From Alphaproteobacteria bacterium (GTDB taxonomy: Bacteria; Pseudomonadota; Alphaproteobacteria; MPNO01): a DNA stretch of 64,000 nucleotides. A program made the translations under genes and the position numbers. Of this stretch, positions 29,546 through 39,529 are shown piece by piece (position 1 is the first letter of the stretch; every line of letters starts with the position of its first letter). The DNA lies in contig CBDFLJ010000002.1 of the NCBI GenBank assembly GCA_965248835.1, positions 1,088,001 to 1,152,000 of the forward strand, given 5' to 3'. Below the pieces are notes generated by a model. The model did no database searches. It saw only the letters and a list, made by a program, of their open reading frames with translations, and was not told the DNA's origin.

Positions 29546-30163
29546 CTACGCTTTCTCGAACACCTGGATGCGCATCGACGTGCCGCGGTAGTAGGGGCAG
29601 TTCGACAGCCCGACGAGACAGTCGATCAGGGCCTCGAACTCGACATGATCGCCCGGGCGGGAGCAGCCGTCGGCAAGCGTCCACCAGTTGTTGGCGCAGT
29701 CGTGATGGTAGTTCATGAACAGGTCCATGGTGTCGGGGATGTCCTCGGGCAGCAGGCCGTAAGGCGCGACCGCGGCGGCGATGATCTCCTGGCAGCCGTC
29801 CTTCGGCCCCTGGCCGAGCGCCTCGTAGAGGGTGCGGTTGCACATCCGGCCGTGGACGTCGTGCATGCCCTTGATCGGCGGGGTGTCGGCGGTCATCACC
29901 ATCATGTCCCGGTTGATGCACGACACCAGCACGTCGCCGACGCTCAGCCGGTCGCGCGGATGGAATGGCCCGCCGGCCGCGGTGCCTGCCCGGGTGCGCG
30001 AATAGGATGTCGACAGCCGTTCGCGCATGTTGTGGGCGTTGAAAACCGCCATGTCGACGACCTGCAGCCCTTCCAGATCGGTCACCCGCAGCCGCTGGCC
30101 CGGCGCCAGCATGACGGCGAGGCCGGTTGCGGGCGCGAGAATTTGGTTGATAATCTCGGTCAT
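29546..30163 (-). CDS. DUF1989 / urea carboxylase-associated family protein
   Basis: GQRLRVTDLEGLQVVD, HDVHGRMC, GCQE, DLFMN, SRPGDHVEF, LSNCP. Confidence 0.85.
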   Translation of the reverse strand: MTEIINQILAPATGLAVMLAPGQRLRVTDLEGLQVVDMAVFNAHNMRERLSTSYSRTRAGTAAGGPFHPRDRLSVGDVLVSCINRDMMVMTADTPPIKGMHDVHGRMCNRTLYEALGQGPKDGCQEIIAAAVAPYGLLPEDIPDTMDLFMNYHHDCANNWWTLADGCSRPGDHVEFEALIDCLVGLSNCPYYRGTSMRIQVFEKA

Positions 30164-30214
30164 CGGCTCTCCAGCTCTTGACTGCCGTTTCATCGATATC
30201 GGGAGCACTATGCC

Positions 30215-31054
30215 ATGGCCGCCCTTGAGATCGAGCCCCTGGGTCCTGCGCTCGGCGCGCGCATCACCGGCATCGACCTGCGCGAGGACTATGACGGACA
30301 GACCGCCGCCGCCATGCGCGCGGCCTTCGTCGAGCACGCGATGCTGTGCTTTCCCGATCAGAAGATCTCCGCCCAGGACCAGGTGCGGTTCGCCGCGGTG
30401 TTCGGGCCGGTCGATGCCGACTTCCGGCCGCCGTCTTCCACCCTTACGACCACCAACACCAAGCGCGGGGTGATGCTGGTCAGCAACATCCGCAAGGACG
30501 GCAAGCAGATCGGCTCGCTTCCCGACGGCGAAATGCATTTCCATTCCGACGGCGCGCACCGCAAGGTGCCGTATCGGGCAACCACCCTGTTCGCCATAAA
30601 GATCCCCTCGCGCGGCGGCGAGACCCTGTTCGCCAACCTGACGAAGGCCTACGAGGCGCTGCCGCTTCACCGCAAGGAGTGGCTGGAGGGCAAGCGGGCC
30701 CGACACATATACAACTACGATTCGGTGACCCGCGATCTGATTGACCACTCCAGGGCGGACCTTTCCGAAGCGGTCCACCCGCTGGTAAAAATCCATCCGG
30801 ACTCGGGGCGGCCGGCGCTCTATCTCAGCCGGCTGATGACCGACAGCGTGCTGGAAACCGACCCGGAGGAGAGCGGGCCGATCCTCGACGAGTTGTTCGA
30901 CCATGCCGAAAGGCCCGAGTTCGTCTATGCTCACCGCTGGGCACCGGGCGATTTGGTGATCTGGGACAACCGGTGTCTCAACCACGCACGGACCGACTTC
31001 CCGGCCGACGAGGATCGGCTGCTGCGCCGCTACACGATCTCCGAATCGGAGTGA
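30215..31054 (+). CDS. TauD/TfdA-family 2OG-dependent dioxygenase
   Basis: LGARITGIDL, FHSDG, GGETLFAN, HPLV..HP, IWDNRCLNHAR. Confidence 0.9.
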   Translation: MAALEIEPLGPALGARITGIDLREDYDGQTAAAMRAAFVEHAMLCFPDQKISAQDQVRFAAVFGPVDADFRPPSSTLTTTNTKRGVMLVSNIRKDGKQIGSLPDGEMHFHSDGAHRKVPYRATTLFAIKIPSRGGETLFANLTKAYEALPLHRKEWLEGKRARHIYNYDSVTRDLIDHSRADLSEAVHPLVKIHPDSGRPALYLSRLMTDSVLETDPEESGPILDELFDHAERPEFVYAHRWAPGDLVIWDNRCLNHARTDFPADEDRLLRRYTISESE

Positions 31055-31107
31055 TCGCCGGGCATTCCTTGCAAGACCCCGGCCAAACGAAATCCAGGAG
31101 TTCAACG

Positions 31108-31989
31108 ATGTCCAAGTTCGTGATCGGACCCCACATGCGGCTGCACGAGTGGGTCGCCGAGGAGAAAGGCTTTTTCGACGACGAAGGCCTCGACTACGTC
31201 TTTCGCGAGCAGCTTTCCTCCGAGGACGGCAGGTACCACGACCTCGGCGATAAGGTCGGCGCCTATCAGACCTTCGAGGAAGGACGGACTTGCGACGTCA
31301 GCGCGGCGTGTCATTGGACGGTCAATGCCGCCGCCGCCGCCGGTCACGGCAAGCTCTATCCGGCGTGCTATTCGGTCGCGCCCTGCGGCATCTTCGTGCC
31401 CGCGGACTCCGAGATCCGCGCGCCCGAGGACCTCGCCAGCGTGCCGATCTCGGTCGGCTACCAGTCGGGCAGCCACTATTCGACCATCCAGGCGCTGGAG
31501 ACCTTTCTCGATGCCGGCGAGATCGCGCTGACGTTTGCCGGCGGGCTGCTGTTCCACCGGCTCGAGCTGCTGATCGACGGCGAAGCGCCGGCGGTCAGCC
31601 TGTTCAGCGGGCCGTTCTACTTCGCCGAGCAGTTGGGCTTCCGCAAGGTGGCCGATACCAGCTTCATGATTGCGGCGATGATCACCGGCGACCCCGATCC
31701 CGAGGACATCGCCAAATATTTCCGTGCGCTGAAGCGGGCGCAGATCGAGATCGATCTGAGGCTGGAACTCTACCGGCATTACTACAAGCGCGAGTTCCCG
31801 CGGCGCTTCCGGGACCAGATGGACGTCCGCCGCTTCGGCCCCGGCGAACGCATCGTCTTCGAGACCTATTCCGAGGATCTCTTCGAGCGCTCGCGGGAAT
31901 GGATCGCAGAGCGCGGCATCTTCCCCGACGGCGGCCTGGGCGAGGGCTCGTACCGCGATTCGATCTATCAGGCAGCCGCGGCGGAGTAG
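31108..31989 (+). CDS. SsuA/THI5-like periplasmic-binding-fold protein lacking a signal peptide
   Basis: WVAEEKGFFDDEGLD N-terminal motif, S.IRAPEDL, GSHY; AGGAG RBS. Confidence 0.7.
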   Translation: MSKFVIGPHMRLHEWVAEEKGFFDDEGLDYVFREQLSSEDGRYHDLGDKVGAYQTFEEGRTCDVSAACHWTVNAAAAAGHGKLYPACYSVAPCGIFVPADSEIRAPEDLASVPISVGYQSGSHYSTIQALETFLDAGEIALTFAGGLLFHRLELLIDGEAPAVSLFSGPFYFAEQLGFRKVADTSFMIAAMITGDPDPEDIAKYFRALKRAQIEIDLRLELYRHYYKREFPRRFRDQMDVRRFGPGERIVFETYSEDLFERSREWIAERGIFPDGGLGEGSYRDSIYQAAAAE

Positions 31990-32056
31990 GCGCCGCACGC
32001 CGGGTCCGCCGCACCCTCAGGCCATTGTCCTGTGGGAACGGTCCGGTCCGGCTTGT

Positions 32057-33052
32057 TCAGCGGAGCAACGTCCTGGGGACCTCCTCGTAGATCGCGCGCC
32101 GGTCGTCTTCGGTGCATTCCAGCGAATCGATCACTTCGATCGTCAGGCGCAGATTTCGCATGCCGTGCTCGTAATCGAACGGATAGTCGGTGGCGAAGGT
32201 CGAATGGTGGGCGCCGAAGAAATCGAGGCCGCATTGGCTGGCCGCCTTCGCGCCGAACATCGCGGTATCGCCATAGAACAGCTTGAAGGACTCGACCAGC
32301 GAGCGCGACTTGTTGTGCCACAAGGGCTCATCCTCGAACGTGTCGGAGACCATCATGCCGCGCTCCCAGTTGGGCCCTAGCCGGCCCTCGGCGTGCGGGA
32401 TGTATGCGCCCCAGTGGTGGGCGACGATCTTGAGGTCGGGCAGGCGCTCGAAGACATCGGAGAAGACGATCCGCGCCATCGCGGCCGAGGTCTCGTAGGG
32501 CCAGCCGAGCCCCCACCAGACATCGAACTTGGAGGTCTTCTCGCTGGCGTAATCCGCGAAGTTCGGCCCGCGGATCGGATGCAGCCAGATCGGCCGGTCG
32601 AACTGCGCCATGCGCTCGAAGACCGGGTAGAACTCGGGCAGATCGAGCGGCTTGCCGGCAACGTTGGAATAGATCTGGATGCCCGAGGCGGCGCCGTCGC
32701 GCACGGTGCGGTCGATCTCGGACAGTGCGGCCGCGGGATTGTTCATCGGCAGCGAGGCGATATAGCCCGGAAAGCGGTCCGGATGCGCGGCCGCGATGGC
32801 CGCGATCTCGTCATTGAGCAGACGGGCCAGCGCCGGCGTGTCCTCCGGCCCTGCCCAGTCGTCGATCACCGGGTTCCCCGCCGCCAGGATCTGCTGATAG
32901 TCCTCGAACGGCTCGATATGGCGCAGCCGCGCATCGACGTCGTGAATGGTCGGGATCGACCGCAGCACCTTGATCATGAAACCCGGCGCGAAGGCCTCCA
33001 GCCGCTCGATGAACGCCGGCGGCATGATGTGGTTGAACGTGTCGATCTTCAT
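32057..33052 (-). CDS. Amidohydrolase-2 family protein (ACMSD/aromatic acid decarboxylase-like)
   Basis: MKIDTFNH, HPDRF, PIWLHP, GWPYETS, HHWG, YGDT, FATDYPF. Confidence 0.88.
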   Translation of the reverse strand: MKIDTFNHIMPPAFIERLEAFAPGFMIKVLRSIPTIHDVDARLRHIEPFEDYQQILAAGNPVIDDWAGPEDTPALARLLNDEIAAIAAAHPDRFPGYIASLPMNNPAAALSEIDRTVRDGAASGIQIYSNVAGKPLDLPEFYPVFERMAQFDRPIWLHPIRGPNFADYASEKTSKFDVWWGLGWPYETSAAMARIVFSDVFERLPDLKIVAHHWGAYIPHAEGRLGPNWERGMMVSDTFEDEPLWHNKSRSLVESFKLFYGDTAMFGAKAASQCGLDFFGAHHSTFATDYPFDYEHGMRNLRLTIEVIDSLECTEDDRRAIYEEVPRTLLR

Positions 33053-33141
33053 GGCCCGTTCCCTCCGGGTGAGTTGCGGTCCGCGACAAAGCCCGATACT
33101 ACCCTTTCCGGGCGCGCAGGACGCCCCGGGCGGGGAGACGA

Positions 33142-33984
33142 ATGAACAAGGCGAAATCAGGGAGTGGGCACAAGTCCGCACCGCATGCCAGAAGCAAGGA
33201 GACGCTCAGGATTCAAGGCGCCAGGATCGAAGTCGAGCGGTGCGGCAAGGGCGCGCCGCTGGTGCTGCTGCAGTCCGAGGAGACGTACGAGACGGGCCTG
33301 CCGCTGATCGAGCGCCTGGCCGAACGCTTCGAGGTCATCCTGCCGTGGGCCCCGGGTTACGGCCGCTCGAGCCTGCCCGAGACGATCACCGGCATCGACG
33401 ACATCGCCTACATCTATCTCGACCTGATGGACCGTTACGATCTGCACCGCGCGATCCTGATGGGCTTCTCGGTCGGCGGTTGGATCGCTGCCGAGATGGC
33501 GACCAAGTCCTGCGCCAGGCTGGAGTCCGTCGTCCTGGTGAGCCCTCTGGGCGCGAAGTTCGGCGGCGCGTATGACCGTGACATTGCCGACATCTACTTC
33601 CTGCCCTTCGCGACGGTGAAGGCGCTCAAGTTCGCCGACCCCTCCAAGGACCCGCTGGGCGACTTGATGGGGCTGTCCGACAGGGCGGCGATGCGGGTGG
33701 CCAAGCACCGCGAGACCACGGCACGGCTCTGCTGGGAGCCCTATTTCCACAACCCGGCGCTCAAGAACCGGCTGCATCGCATCCAGGCGAAGACGCTGGT
33801 CGTCTGGGGTGCCGATGACGGGTTGGTGAGCGCCGGATACGGTCGATCCTATGCCAAGCGCATCCCCCGCGCGCGGTTTGTCAGCCTGCGCAATGCCGGC
33901 CATTATCCCCATATCGAACGGCCCGAGGCGTTCATGGCCACCCTCGAAGCCTTCCTCGGCGTTAGCGCGGCGGCGCGCGATTAG
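33142..33984 (+). CDS. Alpha/beta fold hydrolase
   Basis: PGYGRS, GFSVGG, WGADD, AGHYPHIE. Confidence 0.82.
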   Translation: MNKAKSGSGHKSAPHARSKETLRIQGARIEVERCGKGAPLVLLQSEETYETGLPLIERLAERFEVILPWAPGYGRSSLPETITGIDDIAYIYLDLMDRYDLHRAILMGFSVGGWIAAEMATKSCARLESVVLVSPLGAKFGGAYDRDIADIYFLPFATVKALKFADPSKDPLGDLMGLSDRAAMRVAKHRETTARLCWEPYFHNPALKNRLHRIQAKTLVVWGADDGLVSAGYGRSYAKRIPRARFVSLRNAGHYPHIERPEAFMATLEAFLGVSAAARD

Positions 33985-33998
33985 GAGTCCGAAGCCCG

Positions 33999-35219
33999 AT
34001 GGAGCTTTATCACTTCACCGAATTTCCCTGGCCGCATTTGCCGCCCGACGACGCGTTCACCTCGATGCGGCTGAGCCTGCCGAGCCGGTACTACGATCCC
34101 AAGATCGGCGCGGACCTCTACAACATGTACCTCGACCAATACATGCTGGCCGACGAGCTCGGCATCAACTGCATGATCAACGAGCACCACCAGACCGCGA
34201 CCTGCCTGAACTCTTCCGGCCCGGTCGCACTTGCGATCCTGGCACGCCAGACCCGGAACGCACGGCTGTGCATCCTCGGCAACCCGGCGGCCAACCTGGC
34301 CGATCCGATCCGCTGCGCCGAGGAGATGGCGATGATCGACAACATCTCGCACGGCCGGCTCGAGTGCGGCTTCGTGCGCGGTGTGCCCTACGAGCTGTTC
34401 GCCTCCAACGCCAACCCGACCGAGACCAAGGAACGGCTTTGGGAATCGATCGATCTGATCATCCGCGCCTGGACCAGCCACGACGGGCCGTTCAACTACG
34501 AAGGGCGCTGGATCCACAAGCGCCAGGTCAATGTCTGGCCCAGGCCCTATCAGCAGCCCCATCCGCCGATCTGGACCACCGGCGGCAGCGATGTCGAGCA
34601 CGGCTTCAAGACGGTCTCACGCGGGTTCACGTTTGCGATGTTCCTGACCCCGGTCGATGTCCTGGCCAAGATGTTTCAGGGCGTGCGCGCGCGTTGCCGC
34701 GCCGAAGGCCATGTCGATCCCGCCGACGACCAGTTCGCCTTCATGCCGCTGGTTGCCGTCGGCGAGACCGAGGAGGAGGCGCGCAAGGTGATCGACGGCG
34801 TCTTCTGGTACGTCACCCACAACAAGTCCGAGCCGCAGTTCCGCGCCCCGCCGGGCTACGTCCAGCGCCGCCTCTACGCCAACTTCCTGACCGGCAAGTT
34901 CTCGGGCGGACGTACCGATGCGATCCGCAAACTGGGCATGGAGTATTTCCGCGACAACCACGTCGCGCTCTACGGTACGCCGGACCAGGTCGTCGACCAG
35001 ATCCGCGCGCTCTACGACAAGGTCGGCGGCTTCGGCCACCTGATCGCCATGTTGCACGCCGGCGACATGGACTATGCGACCACCGCTCGGTCGATGACCC
35101 TGTTCGCCGAGGAGGTCATGCCGCGGGTCCGCGATCTCGGCAGCAGGAGCACCGGTTTCGGCCCGCTCGCCAAGCGCGGCGAGGAGATCAACGGCAACGT
35201 GCGCTCTTGCGCGGCCTGA
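33999..35219 (+). CDS. LLM-class flavin-dependent monooxygenase
   Basis: INEHHQT, AEEMAMID, GRLECGFVRG, WPRPYQQPHPPIW, GTPDQV. Confidence 0.9.
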   Translation: MELYHFTEFPWPHLPPDDAFTSMRLSLPSRYYDPKIGADLYNMYLDQYMLADELGINCMINEHHQTATCLNSSGPVALAILARQTRNARLCILGNPAANLADPIRCAEEMAMIDNISHGRLECGFVRGVPYELFASNANPTETKERLWESIDLIIRAWTSHDGPFNYEGRWIHKRQVNVWPRPYQQPHPPIWTTGGSDVEHGFKTVSRGFTFAMFLTPVDVLAKMFQGVRARCRAEGHVDPADDQFAFMPLVAVGETEEEARKVIDGVFWYVTHNKSEPQFRAPPGYVQRRLYANFLTGKFSGGRTDAIRKLGMEYFRDNHVALYGTPDQVVDQIRALYDKVGGFGHLIAMLHAGDMDYATTARSMTLFAEEVMPRVRDLGSRSTGFGPLAKRGEEINGNVRSCAA

Positions 35220-35235
35220 GGTGCGGCCGGGCGCG

Positions 35236-36144
35236 ATGAAGCTCGGCGTCGTCTTTCCCCAGACCGAGATCGGCGCGGATCCCGGCGGCGTCGCCGCCTT
35301 CGCACAAGCCGCCGAAGATCTGGGCTACCACCACATCGCGGCCTTCGATCACGTGATCGGCGCCAATCCTGCGAGCCGGCCGGGCTATGCCGGGCTGTAC
35401 AACCACGAGTCGATGTTCCACGAGCCGATGGTGCTGTTCGCTTACCTCGCCGGACTGACCGAGACGATCGCGTTTGCCACCGGGATCCTGATATTGCCGC
35501 AGCGCCAAACCGTGCTGGTGGCCAAGCAGGCCGCTGCGCTCGACGTCTTGTCCGGCGGGCGGCTGCGGCTGGGGATCGGCATCGGCTGGAACCCGGTCGA
35601 ATACGAGGCGCTCGGCGAAAGCTTCGCCGACCGCGGCCGGCGCTGCGAGGAGCAGGTCGCGGTCCTGCGTGCGCTGTGGACCCGGAACCCGATCAGCTTC
35701 GAAGGGCGTTGGCACAGGATCGACGATGCGGGCCTCAACCCGCTGCCGGTCCAGCGTCCGATCCCGATCTGGTTCGGCGGCATGGCCGAGCCGGTGATCG
35801 CCCGCGTCGGGCGTATCGGCGACGGCTGGTACCCGCGCTTCCCGGGCCTCGGTCAGCGCGCCGATTCCTCAGTGATGCCTCACCACAGCGGCGCTCCGGC
35901 CGCGGTCATCGCGCGGATGCATGATCATGCCCGCGCCGCCGGCCGCGATCCCGCCGCCATCGGCATCGAGGGCCGCGTCTTCCACCGTGGCGCCGACCCG
36001 GACGATTGGCGGGCCGAATACGAGACCTGGCGTGCGCTCGGCGCAAGTCACATGCAGGTCTTCGCCATGGGCGCCGGCCTCGAGGGTCCCGACGCCCACA
36101 TTGCCGCGATCCGTGCGATGAAGGCAGCGCTGAACGGCGTCTAG
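35236..36144 (+). CDS. LLM-class oxidoreductase, F420-dependent-like subfamily
   Basis: FAQAAEDLGY...DHV, LPQRQTVLVAKQAAALDVLSGGRL, GIGWNPVEY, PIPIWFGG. Confidence 0.85.
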   Translation: MKLGVVFPQTEIGADPGGVAAFAQAAEDLGYHHIAAFDHVIGANPASRPGYAGLYNHESMFHEPMVLFAYLAGLTETIAFATGILILPQRQTVLVAKQAAALDVLSGGRLRLGIGIGWNPVEYEALGESFADRGRRCEEQVAVLRALWTRNPISFEGRWHRIDDAGLNPLPVQRPIPIWFGGMAEPVIARVGRIGDGWYPRFPGLGQRADSSVMPHHSGAPAAVIARMHDHARAAGRDPAAIGIEGRVFHRGADPDDWRAEYETWRALGASHMQVFAMGAGLEGPDAHIAAIRAMKAALNGV

Positions 36145-36155
36145 CCGATCGCGGG

Positions 36156-37850
36156 TCAGTGACTCGCGAACACCTCCTGGTATTGAGCGATTTTGGCGGC
36201 GATGGCGTCGAGCTCGGCCCTGGTCGGGGCGTCCTCGTCCGCCGGCACGGGCAGGCCGCCGAACTTGAGCTGGCAGGCGAGCAGCACCAGCCGCGCCTTG
36301 GTCGCGGTCAGGTTGCCGCCGCCGATGAAATACGCGGTGCCGGCGGTGAAGCCGTCGTTGTTGCCGCGCCCGACCCGGACGACCGGCATGCCGTTGTGGA
36401 TGGCCCGGGTCATCATCCGGTTGCGCACCTGCGAGGTGAGCGTGCCGTAGGGTGACTGGCCCTCCAGCACGAAACCCGCCAGCGGACAATGGCGCAGATT
36501 GTAGTCGATCAGGGCGGTGATATCGGTCTCGGGCTCGGTCGAGAGATCGAGGCTGCGGGCGGAATAGTTGCCGTCCTTGAGGATCGAGACCCTGGGCATC
36601 GCATCGCCCAGAAGCGCGCCGGCAGCGTCCTTGATGCGGACCGTGGTCTGCCGTCGCCTGCCGTCTTCGAGGATCGTGCCGGAAACCTCTTCGGGCAGCA
36701 GGGAACGCTTGACCGCCGAGCGGTAGGTATGCCGGGCATGGGGCAGGTAGGTCAGGACCGGCGGTGCGTCGTGCGGCAGCCCGCCGAGAATCCCGCCGTG
36801 GCCGCCGGTGGTGACGTAGCCGCCCGGCCGGGCATCGCCCTTCTGGACATCGCGCGCGGAAAAGATCTGCTGCTCCTGGATCAGCACCATACCCGCCTTG
36901 TTGCGGCCTTCCTCATCCGCCCAGACGCGCGAGGTGAGGTACTCCACCGAGTCGACCAGATTCTTGGGCCCGTCGTTGCTGATCTCGCCCATGGTACGCT
37001 GCGCGGCGTTGCCGCAGATCGGCAGCGTTGTGTCGAGCAGAAGGTTGAACCAGTACATCGTCTCTTCGATGCGCGGGCTGCCCTGGGTCCAGATCGCGCC
37101 GATATAGGCTCCGCTGTCGAGGATCTCCTGGACCCGGTTGACCATGTGCGCCAGGGCTTGCCGCGCCGGCGATGCGGCGAGGTGGACCGGACGGTAGGGG
37201 AAGAAGTCCCGCCCCAGCATCTCCGGCGGGATGTCACCGGTCCCCACATCGGTCCGTTCGGCCTCCGGCAGGCCCTTGGTGTAGCCGCCCGGGGGAATGA
37301 TCCGGTGGAAGTCGATATCGGCCATCCGTGAGATCAGGCTTCCCTCGCCCAACATGCCGACACCAAGCCGGTCGACATCCTCGAACAGCCGCGCGCCGTC
37401 GGGATAGTACGCCTGGCGGCATTTCTCGGCCGGCGCCCCCGGATGGGCGGCGTCGTCCTCCCAGGCGCTGCCGTCGGCTTGGCGGCTCATATAGGGCAGC
37501 GGATAGACCCCGTCCTCCGGCCGCAACTCGACGTTGTAGACCGGCTTGTCGGTCTCGCTCTGCCGGGTTTCGTGGAAGGTCCCGTCGGCATCGACGTAAC
37601 CGTCCGGCGGGGCGTAGAGCTCGGCCGCGTCACGCTCCAGCGGATGGGCGCTGAACTGCTCGATATAGACCGTCACCGGCGCCGCCAGCCGCTGCGTGCG
37701 CAGCACGTCGAAACGCACCGGCGTGCCGTCGGCATCGGTGATCAGCGGCAGTCCGTGACGAGCACGCGCCTTGTTCGAAGTCACCAGAGGCGGGCTGTTC
37801 TGGATCGTCGCGTTGGGCCCGGTGAGATGGGCGATCTTCGGTTTGGCCAT
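36156..37850 (-). CDS. Asparaginase-domain-containing protein (divergent, 564 aa)
   Basis: TQGSPRIEETMYWFNL, GNAAQR, NDGPKNL, C-terminal GGNLTATKARLVL. Confidence 0.7.
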   Translation of the reverse strand: MAKPKIAHLTGPNATIQNSPPLVTSNKARARHGLPLITDADGTPVRFDVLRTQRLAAPVTVYIEQFSAHPLERDAAELYAPPDGYVDADGTFHETRQSETDKPVYNVELRPEDGVYPLPYMSRQADGSAWEDDAAHPGAPAEKCRQAYYPDGARLFEDVDRLGVGMLGEGSLISRMADIDFHRIIPPGGYTKGLPEAERTDVGTGDIPPEMLGRDFFPYRPVHLAASPARQALAHMVNRVQEILDSGAYIGAIWTQGSPRIEETMYWFNLLLDTTLPICGNAAQRTMGEISNDGPKNLVDSVEYLTSRVWADEEGRNKAGMVLIQEQQIFSARDVQKGDARPGGYVTTGGHGGILGGLPHDAPPVLTYLPHARHTYRSAVKRSLLPEEVSGTILEDGRRRQTTVRIKDAAGALLGDAMPRVSILKDGNYSARSLDLSTEPETDITALIDYNLRHCPLAGFVLEGQSPYGTLTSQVRNRMMTRAIHNGMPVVRVGRGNNDGFTAGTAYFIGGGNLTATKARLVLLACQLKFGGLPVPADEDAPTRAELDAIAAKIAQYQEVFASH

Positions 37851-37869
37851 TCGATGCGCTCCCCGCCGA

Positions 37870-38448
37870 TCAAGCGTTGACCGGCGGGTCTATGGCGAAG
37901 ACTCCGGCAAAGGCGTCGACGACCTTTTTACCGAAGTCGCGCTCGACCTCCTGGGCGATCGAGCCGGCGATCGAGACGTCGTTGCGGTTCTCGTCCTGGC
38001 CGGTGATGACGGTGAGCTGAACCGCATCGATATCGCCGACATTGCGGAAGCCGCGATAGACCCGCGGCGGGCAGGAGAAAGTGTCGAACTTCTCCAGCGT
38101 CACCTTGTGCTCGACCGGGTCGCCGATGTGGTATTCGATCCGGCCGTCCAGGACCATGAAGGTCTCGAAGGTCGTGTTGTGCGAGTGCAGGCACGGACCC
38201 TGGCCGGGCGGCATGATCGAGATGAACATCGTCGCGCCGGCAGCGCCGAAGATCGGCGCGATGTTGCCGAACGGATTCTTGGTGTCGTCCAGGATCAGCG
38301 GCATGATCTTGCGGGCGAAGAAGACGTCCATCGCCTCCTGGCCGACCCAGCCGAGGTCGCCCTCGGTCGACATCGCCTGGAGATCGGCATAGCGACCGAT
38401 CCGCGAGTCCAGCTCTTCCTTGGTCGGGGTGTAGATCTTGTGCGCCAT
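37870..38448 (-). CDS. Cupin-domain protein
   Basis: PPGQGPCLHSHNTTFETFMVLDG, PPRVYRGFRN. Confidence 0.85.
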   Translation of the reverse strand: MAHKIYTPTKEELDSRIGRYADLQAMSTEGDLGWVGQEAMDVFFARKIMPLILDDTKNPFGNIAPIFGAAGATMFISIMPPGQGPCLHSHNTTFETFMVLDGRIEYHIGDPVEHKVTLEKFDTFSCPPRVYRGFRNVGDIDAVQLTVITGQDENRNDVSIAGSIAQEVERDFGKKVVDAFAGVFAIDPPVNA

Positions 38449-38647
38449 TGCTCCATACCTCCCTGGGCGGCTTGGCCATTTCGATCGATGGCATTATGGA
38501 CGAGCCGAACGCGCCGCGCGAGAGATCGAACACGGCATGAAATCCCCGACCGAAATCAATCCGGACGAATGCCGGGCAGCCGGTTGCCAGGACACGGCTT
38601 GGACCTGTTAAGTTTGTCCGGGTCCACGGTTGGGAAAGCACATCGGC

Positions 38648-39526
38648 ATGCACGATTTCAGTTTTGGCGAGATCAGCCTCACCCGGGTCGTCGAGATGGA
38701 AATGCCGCTTCTGCAGGCACGGGACTTCTTCCCGGACTGGGACGAGGCCGCCGTCGCGCCACATTCCGGATGGATGGTGCCGCGCCACTATCAGCCGGAG
38801 ACCGGGCTGGTGGTGCTGGCGATCCAGGCCTTCCTGATCCGCACGCCGCATCACACGATCCTGATCGATAGCTGCGTCGGCAATCGCAAGCCGCGCAACC
38901 GGGAGTCTTTCAACGATGCCGAATTCCCGTGGATGGACCGGTTTCTTGCGACCGGGGCCCGCCCGGAGGATATCGATTTCGTCCTGTGCACCCATCTGCA
39001 CGTCGATCACGTCGGCTGGAACACCAGGCTCGAAGACGGACGCTGGGTGCCCACTTTCCCCAACGCGCGCTACATCTTTGCCCGCACCGAGCTCGACTTC
39101 TGGCTGGAACAGTCCAGGCAGGGGCTGATGACCCGGACCGGCGATTACGTCGCCGACAGCGTGATCCCGATCCTGGAGGCCAGGCGCGAGCTCCTGGTCG
39201 AGATGGATCACCAGATCGAAGACGGGATCACGCTCGAACCGCTGCCCGGCCACACCCCGGGCCAGGTCGGGCTGCGCATCGCCTCGGGCGGGGTGGAGGC
39301 GCTGCTCTGCGGCGATCTGATGCACCACATGATCCAGTGCCATATCCCCGACTGGAGCACGATCGCGTGCGCCGACCAGGACGCGGCGCGCATGACCCGC
39401 AAGGCGTTCCTCGATCGCTACGCCGAGACCGAGGTGACCATCCTGCCGTCGCATTTCCCGAACCCGACCGCCGGCCACATCATCCCCAAGGGCGAGGCCT
39501 TCGCCTTTCGCTACATCGGGGAATGA
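38648..39526 (+). CDS. Metallo-beta-lactamase-fold hydrolase
   Basis: THLHVDHVG (HxHxDH), PGHTPG, GDLMH, SHF. Confidence 0.9.
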   Translation: MHDFSFGEISLTRVVEMEMPLLQARDFFPDWDEAAVAPHSGWMVPRHYQPETGLVVLAIQAFLIRTPHHTILIDSCVGNRKPRNRESFNDAEFPWMDRFLATGARPEDIDFVLCTHLHVDHVGWNTRLEDGRWVPTFPNARYIFARTELDFWLEQSRQGLMTRTGDYVADSVIPILEARRELLVEMDHQIEDGITLEPLPGHTPGQVGLRIASGGVEALLCGDLMHHMIQCHIPDWSTIACADQDAARMTRKAFLDRYAETEVTILPSHFPNPTAGHIIPKGEAFAFRYIGE

Positions 39527-39529
39527 CGG

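Noticed and set aside
29546-31105. 519-aa minus-strand ORF
   Set aside because: The N-terminal part is the antisense of the TauD gene; the real gene is the DUF1989 portion from 30163.
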